The position numbers were made by a program, and so were the translations under genes. The notes under the pieces are model-generated. The model worked only from the letters and a program-made list of their open reading frames with translations, was not told the DNA's origin and did not search any database. DNA of 64,000 nt from Eledone cirrhosa (taxonomy: Eukaryota). The stretch lies in assembly GCA_964016885.1 (NCBI GenBank), contig OZ024742.1, positions 358,670,001 through 358,734,000 of the forward strand, read 5' to 3'. Positions 30,501 to 43,315 of this stretch are shown piece after piece. Numbering within the stretch: position 1 is the first letter of the stretch; each line of letters starts with the position of its first letter.

Positions 30501-33500
30501 CCACCTGTCTGCTACCAATGGTGTTTACCGCTGAAGTAACACCATGTAAACACCACCAGTCTGCTACCAATGGTGTTTACCACTGAAATAACACCATGTA
30601 AACACCACCAGTCTGCAATCAATGGTGTTTACCACAGATGTAACACCATGTAAACACCACCAGTCTGCCACCAATGGTGTTTACAACACAAGTAATACCA
30701 TGTAAAAACTACCAGTCTGCTACTAATGGTGTTTACCACCAATGGTGTTTACCAGAGAAATAACACCATGTAAAAACCACCAGTCTGCCACCAATTGTGT
30801 TTACAACACAGGTAATACCATGTAAACACCACCAGTCTGCTACGAATGGTGTTTTCGACAGAAGTAACACCATATAAACACCACCAGTCTGCTACCAATG
30901 CTGTTTACCGCTGAAGTAACACCATGTAAACACCACCAGTCTGCTACCAATGCTGTTTACCACTGAAGTAACACCATGTAAACACCACCAGTCTGCTACC
31001 AATGGTGTTTACGACAGAAGTAACACCATGTAAACACCACCAGTCTGCTACCAGAGGTGTTTTCCACATAAGTAACACCATGTAAACACCAACAGTCTGC
31101 TGCCAATGCTGTTTACCGCTGAAGTAACACCATGTAAACACCACCAGTCTGCTACCAATGGTGTTCACCACAGAAGTAACACATGTAAACACTACCAGTC
31201 TGCTACCAATGGCATTCACAACAGAACTAACACCATGTAAACACCACCTGTCTGCTACCATTGGTGTTTACCACTGAAGTAACATCATGTAAACACCACC
31301 AGTCTGCTACCAATGGTGTTCACCACAGAAGTAATACATGTAAACACCACCAGTCTGCTACCAATGGCATTCACAACAGAACTAACACCATGTAAACACC
31401 ACCAGTCTGCTACCAATGGTGTTCACCTCAGAAGTAACAACATGTAAACACCACCAGTCTGCCACCAATGCTGTTTCCCACTGAAGTAACACCATGTAAA
31501 CACCACCAGTCTGCCACCAATGGTGTTTACAACACAGGTAATACCATTTAAACACCACCAGTCTGCTACCAATGGTGTTCACCACAGATGTAATACCATG
31601 TAAACACAACCTGTCTGCTAACAATGGTGTTTACCACAGAAGTAACACCATGTAAACACCACCAGTCTGCCACCTATGCTGTTTACAACACAGGTAATAC
31701 CATTTAAAAATCACCAGTCTGCTACTAATGGTGCTTACCACAGAAGTAACACAATGTAAACACCACCAGTCTGCTACCAATGGTGTTTACCACTGAAGTA
31801 ACACAATGTAAACACCACCAGTCTGCAACCGATGGTGATTACCACAGAAGTAACACCATGTAAACACCACCAGTCTGCTACCAATGGTGTTTACCACTGA
31901 AGTAACACCATGTAAACACCACCAGCCTGCTACCAATGGTGTTTACGACAGAAGTAACACCATTTAAACACCACTAGTCTGCTACCAATGGTGTTTTCCA
32001 CACAAGTAACACCATGTAAATACCACCTGTCTGCTACCAATGGTGTTTACCGCTGAAGTAACACCATGTAAACACCACCAGTCTGCTACTTAATGGTGTT
32101 TACCACTGAAGTAACACCATGTACACACCACCAGTCTGCAACCAATGGTGTTTACCACAGAGGTAACACCATGTAAACAAAACCAGTCTGCCACCAATGG
32201 TGTTTACAACACAGGTAATACCATGTAAACACCACCAGTCTGCTACCACTGGTGTTTACCACTGAAGTAACACCATGTAAACACCACCAGTCTGCTACCA
32301 ATAGTGTTTTCCACAGAAGTAACACCATGTAAACACCACCAGTCTGCCACCAATGGTGTTTACAACACAGGTAATACCATGTAAACACCACCAGTCTGCT
32401 ACCAATGGTGTTTACCACAGAAGTAACACAATATAAACACCACAGTCAGCTACCACTGGTGTTTACCACTGAAGTAACACCATGTAAACACCACCAGTCT
32501 GCTACCAATGGTGTTCACAACAGCAGTAGCACCATGTAAACACCACCAGTCTGCTACCAATGGTGTTTACTACAGAAGTAACACCATGTAAATACCACCA
32601 GTCTGCTACCAATGGTGTTCACCACAGATGTAATACCATGTAAACACAACCTGTCTGCTAACAATGGTGTTTACCACAGAAGTAACACCATGTAAACACC
32701 ACCAGTCTGCCACCTATGCTGTTTACAACACAGGTAATACCATTTAAAAATCACCAGTCTGCTACTAATGGTGCTTACCACAGAAGTAACACAATGTAAA
32801 CACCACCAGTCTGCTACCAATGGTGTTTACCACTGAAGTAACACAATGTAAACACCACCAGTCTGCAACCGATGGTGATTACCACAGAAGTAACACCATG
32901 TAAACACCACCAGTCTGCTACCAATGGTGTTTACCACTGAAGTAACACCATGTAAACACCACCAGCCTGCTACCAATGGTGTTTACGACAGAAGTAACAC
33001 CATTTAAACACCACCAGTCTGCTACCAATGGTGTTTACTACAGAAGTAACACCATGTAAATACCACCTGTCTGCTACCAATGGTGTTTACCACTGAAATA
33101 ACACCATGTAAACACCACCAGTCTGCAACCAATGGTGTTTACCACAGATGTAACACCATGTAAACACCACCAGTCTGCCACCAATGGTGTTTACAACACA
33201 AGTAATACCATGTAAAAACTACCAGTCTGCTACAAATGGTGTTTACCACCAATGGTGTTTACCACAGAAATAACACCATGTAAAAACCACCAGTCTGCCA
33301 CCAATGGTGTTTACAACACAGGTAATACCTTGTAAACACCACCAGTCTGCTACCAATGCTGTTTACCACTGAAGTAACACCATGTAAACACCACCAGTCT
33401 GCTACCAATGGTGTTTACGACAGAAGTAACACCATGTAAACACCACCAGTCTGCTACCAGAGGTGTTTTCCACAGAAGTAACACCATGTAAACACCACTA

Positions 33501-36500
33501 GTCTGCTACCAATGGTGTTCACCACAGAAGTAACACCATGTAAACACCACCAGTCTGCTACCAATGCTGTTTACCACTGAAGTAACACCATGTAAACACC
33601 ACCAGTCTGCTACCAATGGTGTTTACGACAGAAGTAACACCATGTAAACACCACCAGTCTGCTACCAATGCTGTTTACCGCTGAAGTAACACCATGTAAA
33701 CACCACCAGTCTGCTACCAATGGTGTTCACCACAGAAGTAACACATGTAAACACCACCAGTCTGCTACCAATGGCATTCGCAACAGAACTAACACCATGT
33801 AAACACCACCTGTCTGCTACCATTGGTGTTTACCACTGAAGTAACATCATGTAAACACCACCAGTCTGCTACCAATGGCATTCACAACAGAACTAACACC
33901 ATGTAAACACCACCTGTCTGCTACCAATGGTGTTTACCACTGAAGTAACACCATGTAAACACCACCATTCTGCAACCAATGGTGTTTACCACTGAAGTAA
34001 CACCATGTAAACACCACCAGTCTGCTACCAATGGTGTTTACCACAGAAGTAACACCATGTAAACACCACCAGTCTGCTATCAATTGTGTTTACCACTGAA
34101 GTTACACCATGTAAACACCACCAGTCTGCTACCAATGGTGTTTACCACAGAAGTAACACCATGTAAACACCACCAGTCTGTTACCAATGGTGTTTACCGC
34201 TGAAGTAACACCATGTGAACACCACCAGTCTGCTACCAATGGTGTTTACCACTGAAATAACACCATGTAAACACCACCAGTCTGCAATCAATGGTGTTTA
34301 CCACAGATGTAACACCATGTAAACACCACCAGTCTGCCACCAATGGTGTTTACAACACAAGTAATACCATGTAAAAACTACCAGTCTGCTACTAATGGTG
34401 TTTACCACCAATGTTGTTTACCAGAGAAATAACACCATGTAAAAACCACCAGTCTGCCACCAATTGTGTTTACAACACAGGTAATACCATGTAAACACCA
34501 CCAGTCTGCTACGAATGGTGTTTTCGACAGAAGTAACACCATATAAACACCACCAGTCTACTACCAATGCTGCTTACCACTGAAGTAACACCATGTAAAC
34601 ACCACCAATCTGCTACCAATGGTGTTTAAGACAGAAGTAACACCATGTAAACACCACCAGTCTGCTACCAGAGGTGTTTCCCACAGAAGTAACACCATGT
34701 AAACTCCACCAGTCTGCTACCAATGCTGTTTACCGCTGAAGTAACACCATGTAAACACCACCAGTCTGCTACCAATGCTGTTTACCACTGAAGTAACACC
34801 ATGTAAACACCACCAGTCTGTTACCAATGGTGTTTACTCCTGAAGTAACACCATGTAAACACCACCAGTCTGCTACCAATGGTGTTTACGACAGAAGTAA
34901 CACCATGTAAACACCACCAGTCTGCTACCAGAGGTGTTTTCCACATAAGTAACACCATGTAAACACCAACAGTCTGCTACCAATGCTGTTTACCGCTGAA
35001 GTAACACCATGTAAACACCACCAGTCTGCTACCAATGGTGTTCACCACAGAAGTAACACATGTAAACACTACCAGTCTGCTACCAATGGCATTCACAACA
35101 GAACTAACACCATGTAAACACCACCTGTCTGCTACCATTGGTGTTTACCACTGAAGTAACATCATGTAAACACCACCAGTCTGCTACCAATGGTGTTCAC
35201 CACAGAAGTAATACATGTAAACACCACCAGTCTGCTACCAATGGCATTCACAACAGAACTAACACCATGTAAACACCACCAGTCTGCTACCAATGGTGTT
35301 CACCTCAGAAGTAACAACATGTAAACACCACCAGTCTGCCACCAATGCTGTTTCCCACTGAAGTAACACCATGTAAACACCACCAGTCTGCCACCAATGG
35401 TGTTTACAACACAGGTAATACCATGTAAATACCACCAGTCTGCTACCAATGGTTTTTACGACAGAAGTAACACCATATAAACACCACCAGTCTGCTACCA
35501 ATGGTCATCACCACAGAAAAGCACCATGTAAACACCACCAGTCTGCCACCAATGGTGTTTAGAACACAGTTAATACCATGTAAACACCACCAGTCTGCTA
35601 CCAATGTGTTTACCACAGACTTAACACCATATAAACACCACCAGTCTGCTACTTAATGGTGTTTACCACTGAAGTAACACCATGTACACACCACCAGTCT
35701 GCAACCAATGGTGTTTACCACAGAGGTAACACCAGGTAAACAAAACCAGTCTGCCACCAATGGTGTTTACAACACAGGTAATACCATGTAAACACCACCA
35801 GTCTGCTACCACTGGTGTTTACCACTGAAGTAACACCATGTAAACACCACCAGTCTGCTACCAATAGTGTTTTCCACAGAAGTAACACCATGTAAACACC
35901 ACCAGTCTGCCACCAATGGTGTTTACAACACAGGTAATACCATGTAAACACCACCAGTCTGCTACCAATGGTGTTTACCACAGAAGTAACACAATATAAA
36001 CACCACAGTCAGCTACCACTGGTGTTTACCACTGAAGTAACACCATGTAAACACCACCAGTCTGCTACCAATGGTGTTCACAACAGAAGTAGCACCATGT
36101 AAACACCACCAGTCTGCTACCAATGGTGTTTACTACAGAAGTAACACCATGTAAATACCACCAGTCTGCTACCAATGGTGTTCACCACAGATGTAATACC
36201 ATGTAAACACAACCTGTCTGCTAACAATGGTGTTTACCACAGAAGTAACACCATGTAAACACCACCAGTCTGCCACCTATGCTGTTTACAACACAGGTAA
36301 TACCATTTAAAAATCACCAGTCTGCTACTAATGGTGCTTACCACAGAAGTAACACAATGTAAACACCACCAGTCTGCTACCAATGGTGTTTACCACTGAA
36401 GTAACACAATGTAAACACCACCAGTCTGCAACCGATGGTGATTACCACAGAAGTAACACCATGTAAACACCACCAGTCTGCTACCAATGGTGTTTACCAC

Positions 36501-38271
36501 TGAAGTAACACCATGTAAACACCACCAGCCTGCTACCAATGGTGTTTACGACAGAAGTAACACCATTTAAACACCACTAGTCTGCTACCAATGGTTTTTT
36601 CCACACAAGTAACACCATGTAAATACCACCTGTCTGCTACCAATGGTGTTTACCGCTGAAGTAACACCATGTAAACACCACCAGTCTGCTACCAATGGTG
36701 TTTACCACTGAAATAACACCATGTAAACACCACCAGTCTGCAACCAATGGTGTTTACCACAGATGTAACACCATGTAAACACCACCAGTCTGCCACCAAT
36801 GGTGTTTACAACACAAGTAATACCATGTAAAAACTACCAGTCTGCTACAAATGGTGTTTACCACCAATGGTGTTTACCACAGAAATAACACCATGTAAAA
36901 ACCACCAGTCTGCCACCAATGGTGTTTACAACACAGGTAATACCTTGTAAACACCACCAGTCTGCTACCAATGGTGTTTTCGACAGAAGTAACACCATAT
37001 AAACACCACCAGTCTGCTACCAATGCTGTTTACCACTGAAGTAACACCATGTAAACACCACCAGTCTGCTACCAATGGTGTTTACGACAGAAGTAACACC
37101 ATGTAAACACCACCAGTCTGCTACCAATGCTGTTTACCGCTGAAGTAACACCATGTAAACACCACCAGTCTGCTACCAATGGTGTTCACCACAGAAGTAA
37201 CACATGTAAACACCACCAGTCTGCTACCAATGGCATTCACAACAGAACTAACACCATGTAAACACCACCTGTCTGCTACCATTGGTGTTTACCACTGAAG
37301 TAACATCATGTAAACACCACCAGTCTGCTACCAATGGCATTCACAACAGAACCAACACCATGTAAACACCACCTGTCTGCTACCATTGGTGTTTACCACA
37401 GAAGTAACACCATGTAAACACCACCAGTCTACTACCAATGGTGTTCACCACAGAAGTAACAACATGTAAACACCTCCAGTCTGCCACCAATGGTGTTTAC
37501 AACACAGGTAATACCATGTAAATACCACCAGTCTGCTACCAATGGTTTTTACGACAGAAGTAACACCATATAAACACCACCAGTCTGCTACCAATGGTGT
37601 TTACCACTGAATTAACACCGCCATTCTGCTACCAATGGTGTTTACCACAGAAGTAACGCCATGTCAACACCACCAGTCAGCTACCAATGGTGTTTACCAC
37701 TGAAGTAACACCATGTAAACACCACCATTCTGCAACCAATGGTGTTTACCACTGAAGTAACACCATGTAAACACCACCAGTCTGCTACCAATGGTGTTTA
37801 CCACAGAAGTAACACCATGTAAACACCACCAGTCTGCTATCAATGGTGTTTACCACTGAAGTTACACCATGTAAACACCACCAGTCTGCTACCAATGGTG
37901 TTTACCACAGAAGTAACACCATGTAAACACCACCAGTCTGCTACCAATGGTGTTCACCACTGAAGTAACACCATGTAAACACCACCAGTCTGCTACCAAT
38001 GGTGTTTACAACAGAAGTAACACCACGTAAACACCACCAGTCTGCTACCAATGGTGTTTACCACAGACGTAACACCATGTAAACACCACCAGTCTGCTAC
38101 CAATGGTGTTTACCACAGAAGTAACACCACGTAAACACCACCAGTCTGCTACCAATGGTGTTTACCACTGAAGTAACACCATGTAAACGCGACCAGTCTG
38201 CTACCAATGGTGTTTACCACAGAAGTAACACTATGTAAACACCATCAGTCTGCTACCAATAGTGTTCACCA
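18537..38271 (-). repeat. Same 52-bp satellite in inverted orientation, right arm, ~380 monomers
   Basis: Reverse-complement monomer TCTGCTACCAATGGTGTTTACCACAGAAGTAACACCATGTAAACACCACCAG repeats from 18537 to ...AGTGTTCACCA at 38271. Confidence 0.98.
18780..31000 (-). repeat. Higher-order repeat in right arm, four copies (spacings 3378, 3586, 2823 bp)
   Basis: Variant AGTTGTAATACC at 18927, 22305, 25891, 28714; CTCCCACC variant at 18799, 22177, 25763, 28586; A-run variant at 21384 and 24970. Confidence 0.9.
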
Positions 38272-38278
38272 TTTAATA

Positions 38279-38648
38279 CATCATCATCATCATCATTCTA
38301 CGTCCGTTTTTCCCTGCTTGCAAAGGATGAGACGGGTCCTATTGAGCAGAGCATCTCTCCTACTTGTCACGGTCCTTCGTCACTTCGTCCGTGAGCTTCA
38401 GGGATCTGAGTTCTGCTCTCACCACCTCCGACCATGTTTTTCGTGGTCTTCCTCTAATGAGTCTTCCTTCTACTGGCATTTCTTGGCACTCGTTTACCTA
38501 TTGGTCAACTTCCATGCACATCATATGTCCATACCATTGCAATCTTCTCTCCCGCACACTACAACTTATCCATCTTAAACACAGTTTCTCTCTCAACACA
38601 TCCTTGCTCAGTCATTCACGTACATTGACTTTACACATCCAACGGATG
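38279..38648 (-). mobile_element. RTE-clade LINE 3' fragment with (ATG)n tail abutting the satellite end
   Basis: (CAT)6 at 38279-38296; minus strand reads IRWMCKVNVRE; homologous to the + strand copy at 51580-51953. Confidence 0.8.
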
Positions 38649-39029
38649 TATGTATAATTTTTCACTTTCAAATACTTGCACCAAGCTAGCTTTGATATGT
38701 AAAATGGGGGGGGGGGGGTATTCTATTTCTCTGTGTATGAGGGGCCCACCTCATGATCTAAATTCAACTTTACAGACAGGTCAGAATTTTTGTTAGTAAT
38801 AAATTTTGCTTTATCAGCTGATTATTGATTATTTTTTGCAAACTCTGCAAATTTCATATCTCTGCTGGAGGAGGACATTATGGATTGGAACTTTATAGAT
38901 GTCTTAAAGAAATATATCAATGTAAAACACAACATAATATAAAACCAATGTATGATAAAGACATTAACTTCAACAGAAACTAGACTCAGAACATAAAGTT
39001 GATTCACAAGGATAAACTATCAGTAGTAA

Positions 39030-39638
39030 CTACAACAACAAACTACCACCATCATCAACAACAATACCACTTACACCACCACCAACAACAACACTTCCAC
39101 CACCACCACCCTCAACAACACTTACACCACCACCACCAGCAAGAACAACCTTTCCACCACCAACAACAACAACAACAACATTTCCACCACCACCACCACC
39201 CACAACAACACTTCCACCACCACCACCAACAACAACAATACTTCCACCACAACCACCACCACCTTCAACAACACTTCCACCACCACCACCATCACCACCC
39301 TCAACAACACTTCCACCACCACCAGCCTCAACAACACTTCACCACCATCAACAACAACACTGCTTGCACCACCACTACAATCATCAACAACACCACCACC
39401 AACAACACCACCACTACCCTCAACAATACTTTCACCATCACCATCAACAACAACAACACAATTACTTCCACCACCACTACAAACATCAACAACACCACTT
39501 CCACCACTACCACTACATCCATCAAACCCACCACCACCACCACTACCACCATCATCAACACAACGCCACTTTCTCTACCATCACCACCAGCAGGACTTCC
39601 ACCACCATCATCAATAACAACAACACTCCACCACCACT
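39030..39638. repeat. (CAC/CAA)n low-complexity trinucleotide tract
   Basis: Mixed CAC/CAA triplets with recurring CAACAACACTTCCACCACCAC units; gives His/Gln/Thr-run ORFs in several frames. Confidence 0.9.
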
Positions 39639-40365
39639 GTTTGAAAATTGGGATTATCACTCCCAATTGCCATTGCTTAGGTGCTTTTTGAGAAATGCAG
39701 GACATCTGACACACATAGTCAGAGAATAATGTCTATATATAAAGCTTTTACAATCTAGGGCTGAATGTCTTCCTCTGCAGAGGATTAGCCACATTTGAGT
39801 GCTTTAAATATCCTGGTGACCTCAGCCTATGAGAGTTAGGTTATCATCCATAGTTGCACAACATGCTAGTGTTGTGGGCTTTCTTGGCTTTAGGTACTCC
39901 CAGGTTACAGATAATTAGATGGTGATTAGTTGAAAACTCAGAATCTCTCTTAACATGAACATCGAGCAGAGAATTGAAGAGATCAATAACAATATCAATT
40001 ATTTATCTCTGTCTCCAGTTTCCTATATACTGTGTGTATCCATGGATGTCTTTCTGCTGGAAGAAAGTGTTCTTACTTGAGAGCCCATTACTAGAACAAA
40101 GGTCTTATAAGGCCTCTCAATCCATATTCAGATTAAACAGCTGAGAACTTGTGAGTATCCCCACTCCTGCCTGTTCTGTTCTTTCTACCACCAAACCTTA
40201 ATCATGGAGTTTCCATCCTCCATCCAAATCTAGAGTTCCAGAGCCATGTTACTTTGTTGAAGAAACCCCTACTATATCTAACTTGTATCAGCTGGCCTCC
40301 TCTACTAGTTTGTGCTCCTTGTCTGTAAGAGTTGTAATGTTACAGTTGCCAATTGTTAAGGTTAG
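39637..40365 (-). mobile_element. Degenerate RTE (Expander-like) LINE: AP-endonuclease remnant plus start of RT, with internal deletions
   Basis: Minus-strand translation LTIGNCNITTLTDKEHKLVEEAS*YKLDIVGVSSTK*HGSG...AGVGILTS, NTFFQQK...STNHHLIIC, APKQWQLGVIIPIFK; multiple stops. Confidence 0.8.
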
Positions 40366-41119
40366 CCCCTTCTGGATACTCTTTGGGGTTTTGAGACACT
40401 TAACCTTTGTGTGTCCATGCCACACCTCCCAGGACAGGTTGCAAGCCCATCACCAATTCTAACAGTATTTGATGGACACTGCAATATATTTTATGAACAG
40501 GCTCCCCTACCTAAATCCAGACCATATTCCTTGTTACTCTGCATGAAGGATTATGTGGTATGAATGTTTTTATTGCACCTAACCACATTACAGTTTTGGT
40601 GGTCTTATTTATATCAGTCACCAATTTGGTATTTTACTCAGACCTGTGAAGAACACAATAAATAACTACAGAGTATGTGGAGTGGGGAATGAAACAATTC
40701 CCCATTATTGTCACTAGCTGATCAGTCATAGCTAAAATAGAATATATCCACAACATGATATATTTTGAATTTAGTACTAAAATACAGCTAAAACGGTGTC
40801 AGAGAATGACAAAGCAACCAAACTCTGCAATATGTAAGCACACACACAGACAGGGAGATCAAAGCCAATTGGCCAGATATTATGGTCAAAGATCACAATG
40901 AAAACGTCTTAATTGATGTATCAATCCTCTTAGGCAGCAATATATCTAATAAGGAAGTAGAGAAATGACCTGATGACAGAAATAAGCTAAGTGTGGTTCA
41001 CGAAAACAAACAGTCTCTATAATAATAGCTGCTCTGGGGATGATAAAAACACACACAGACATATACATAGTCAAACTCACATGACTTTCAAATACGTTTA
41101 AAGTATAAAGTCTGTCTCT

Positions 41120-41290
41120 AGCAAGGTGGCTCATCAGGCAGGTACTTATTCTGGTTTCATGGCATAATGCAACCATTGCAGGATTAAACACCCAGCTATT
41201 GCTGGTACTCATTTTCAATTTAGTATACTGGATCAAGATGAAATGAAGGGTTTTGCTCAAAAAACAACACACAACTTCAGCCCAGCATAC
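41120..41290 (-). mobile_element. Degenerate SINE with CORE-like segment
   Basis: GCTGGTACTCATTTT...GAAATGAAGGGTTTTGCTCAAAAAACAAC resembles the reverse complement of the CORE-type GTTGTGTCCTTGAGCAAGACACTT segment; recognised by eye. Confidence 0.5.
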
Positions 41291-41419
41291 AAGGCACTAC
41301 CCACTTATTATGAAATGTACTCTCAATATAATAAAAAACAAAACAAAAATAACACTGCACTCACCCAAGGAGCACAGAACTGTACTTGGTACTGCAATGA
41401 TGATAAGTAAAGAATTGCT

Positions 41420-41620
41420 GGACAGATTTTACAGGCAAAAACCAACCAGCTGGAAACCCAGGTTTAGATCCTAAGCAAGATATATGGATATCTATGAGCT
41501 TCGCCGGTCTCACTTGGGGATACAGCTGGATCAGTTGGAGAAGGTTGCTTCTGACAGGACCTGCTGGAAGGAGTGTTTGAAGACTCTGCTCCCATGACCC
41601 TCTCAGGAATAAGTGGGCGA
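41420..41620 (+). mobile_element. RTE (Expander-like) LINE C-terminal fragment
   Basis: KPRFR...SHLGIQLDQLEKVASDRTCWKECLKTLLP resembles the RTE ORF C-terminus (RPRxRW...LGI...LEEV...W..LL.LLPP). Confidence 0.6.
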
Positions 41621-42529
41621 ATATTAAGAAGAGAACTTTGTACCTGTATTTCACTTGTAGAAAACGTGTGTAATAATGTATAATAAATGATTTATGCAGT
41701 CAAAATACATGAGTTTTACCAGGTCACAATAGACACTTTGAAGGTGATGATATATGGTTATGTCTTCCTATTCAGGCTGTCATCAATCAGAACTATTAAA
41801 ATATTTTGTATGTTTGCTAGTATAAAGCTTTTTATTGTCAGCATTTCAACTTTAGACAATATGGAATTATTTTCTTCTTGTAGTGATGTATGATATATGG
41901 GATCACCCTTCAGCTGTGACAACCTTCTTAGTGTTGCTGATCTACATAATAAATGCACCCAGTACATGCTATAAAGTGTTTAGGGTATTTGGATGTAGAA
42001 AGCTTGCTAAACAAAGTGTTGGGAAGACTCTTCAGTGGTGTCAAAAGACATGATAACCGATGGGGATGATGATATCCTTTTTAGGTTTTAGGGTATATTT
42101 TGTGAATTCAGTAATAGTTTGTTGACATAGCAATGAAGTTTTGTTGTGAGATACTGTGTGGAGGTTCATCTTAAATATATATGCATGTGTTTGTGTATAT
42201 GTGAGTCTGTATTTATATTTCCCAGTGGAAACTGATGTAACATCAGTGAGGTATAAATATGTTCAGTATGTGGTGAGTACAACTACAACCTGGACTTGAC
42301 CAACACCAAACAAAACAGTGGAGGCCAGCCAGAGAAGGGTTCCTCCAACTGAAGTGAGAAGGTCCTGGATTGGTTTTGATGTTAAAGAGATGAGTTAGTC
42401 ATTCAAGAAATAGACATCTATAGATAAATCATAGCTTTGAATAGTCATGACAGGTTTGACAATTTTACAGTTAAATAAGTGTTGATGTTCTCTCTCTTTC
42501 ACTCACTGCTTCTGTCTCTCTCACTCTCC

Positions 42530-42740
42530 TCATCTCTCACTATTAGAAGCAAATGGAGGCCAATGTGTTGGTTGCTGCATGGTGCCAACAGATAGAATAG
42601 AGAAGGCCTTTCCCCAGAGGATGGTGAGGGAGATGTGTTGGAAGAGCCATTCAAGCTCACAAGTAGTCAACTCTGTGCCTATGGTGGTGAATAGGGAGGT
42701 GGCCCTAGGGCCAAGGACACCAGAAGTCTCCACTGCTATA
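42530..42740 (-). mobile_element. C-terminal fragment of an RLE non-LTR element (CRE-like)
   Basis: AVETSGVLGPRATSLF...LEWLFQHISLTILWGKAFSIL matches the ETxGxxGPxA...WLxQRxSLAIxRGNAxSIL pattern; a similar shorter piece lies at ~44470-44580. Confidence 0.6.
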
Positions 42741-43194
42741 AGAGATAAATACCATACTGAAATAAAGGCTAGGATTATGATGATTAATTAAACCTCAGTA
42801 TGGTTGCACAAAAATCATTGAATCCAGTACAAATATATGCAGGGCTTTCACTACAACACAAATGGAGTTTTTAAACAAATAAAATAATTATATTATAAAA
42901 TAATTGTGTTAATGAATTGTTCACTTATTCATGACAACTTCAATAAAAAAAAAATCCATCCCTTATTTCAATGATTATTTTATAACCACAATCAATATTT
43001 ATTCATTTAACATTTTTGTTACCAGCTCAATCAAAACTGTTTCTGGTTCTATGAAACAAAATCACCCATTTTAAAGGCTTCCTATTTAAATTAAAATATT
43101 CCTATGTAATTTTATTTGAGAACCATATATTAAGTTACAAAATGAAATAATTACTAATTTATGTAAATATCTCCACATTTTCATATCTCCAAGG

Positions 43195-43315
43195 TAGCAC
43201 TCGATCACATAACGTTACTCCAAAGACCCTATTTAGGCCACTTGCATTTGTGACCATATTCTTTCAGTTCTTGCCCAAGATTCATGACCATAAGTAAGGT
43301 TTGGTATGAATATTG
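43195..43315 (-). mobile_element. RTE (Expander-like) LINE post-RT fragment
   Basis: Minus strand SIFIPNLTYGHESWARTERIWSQMQVA*...GVTLCDRV (typical PTLTYGHExW motif). Confidence 0.7.

Noticed and set aside
510-35981. Short Trp/Cys/Val-rich ORFs in the satellite
   Set aside because: 52 is not a multiple of 3, so frames cycle through one repeat; ORFs appear only where a variant removes a stop.
1-38271. CRISPR array
   Set aside because: No unique spacers: the whole 52-bp unit repeats. No cas genes, and the context is eukaryotic.
1-38271. tRNA genes or telomeric repeat
   Set aside because: Only a 10-nt tRNA-end match with no cloverleaf or A/B boxes; no TTAGGG-type units.
38999-39729. His/Gln/Thr-rich protein ORFs
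   Set aside because: A CAC/CAA tract open in several frames on both strands, with ends running into LINE remnants.
41690-42130. Additional very old LINE fragment (VLIDDSLN-like motif on the minus strand)
   Set aside because: Too degenerate to assign a family or boundaries.
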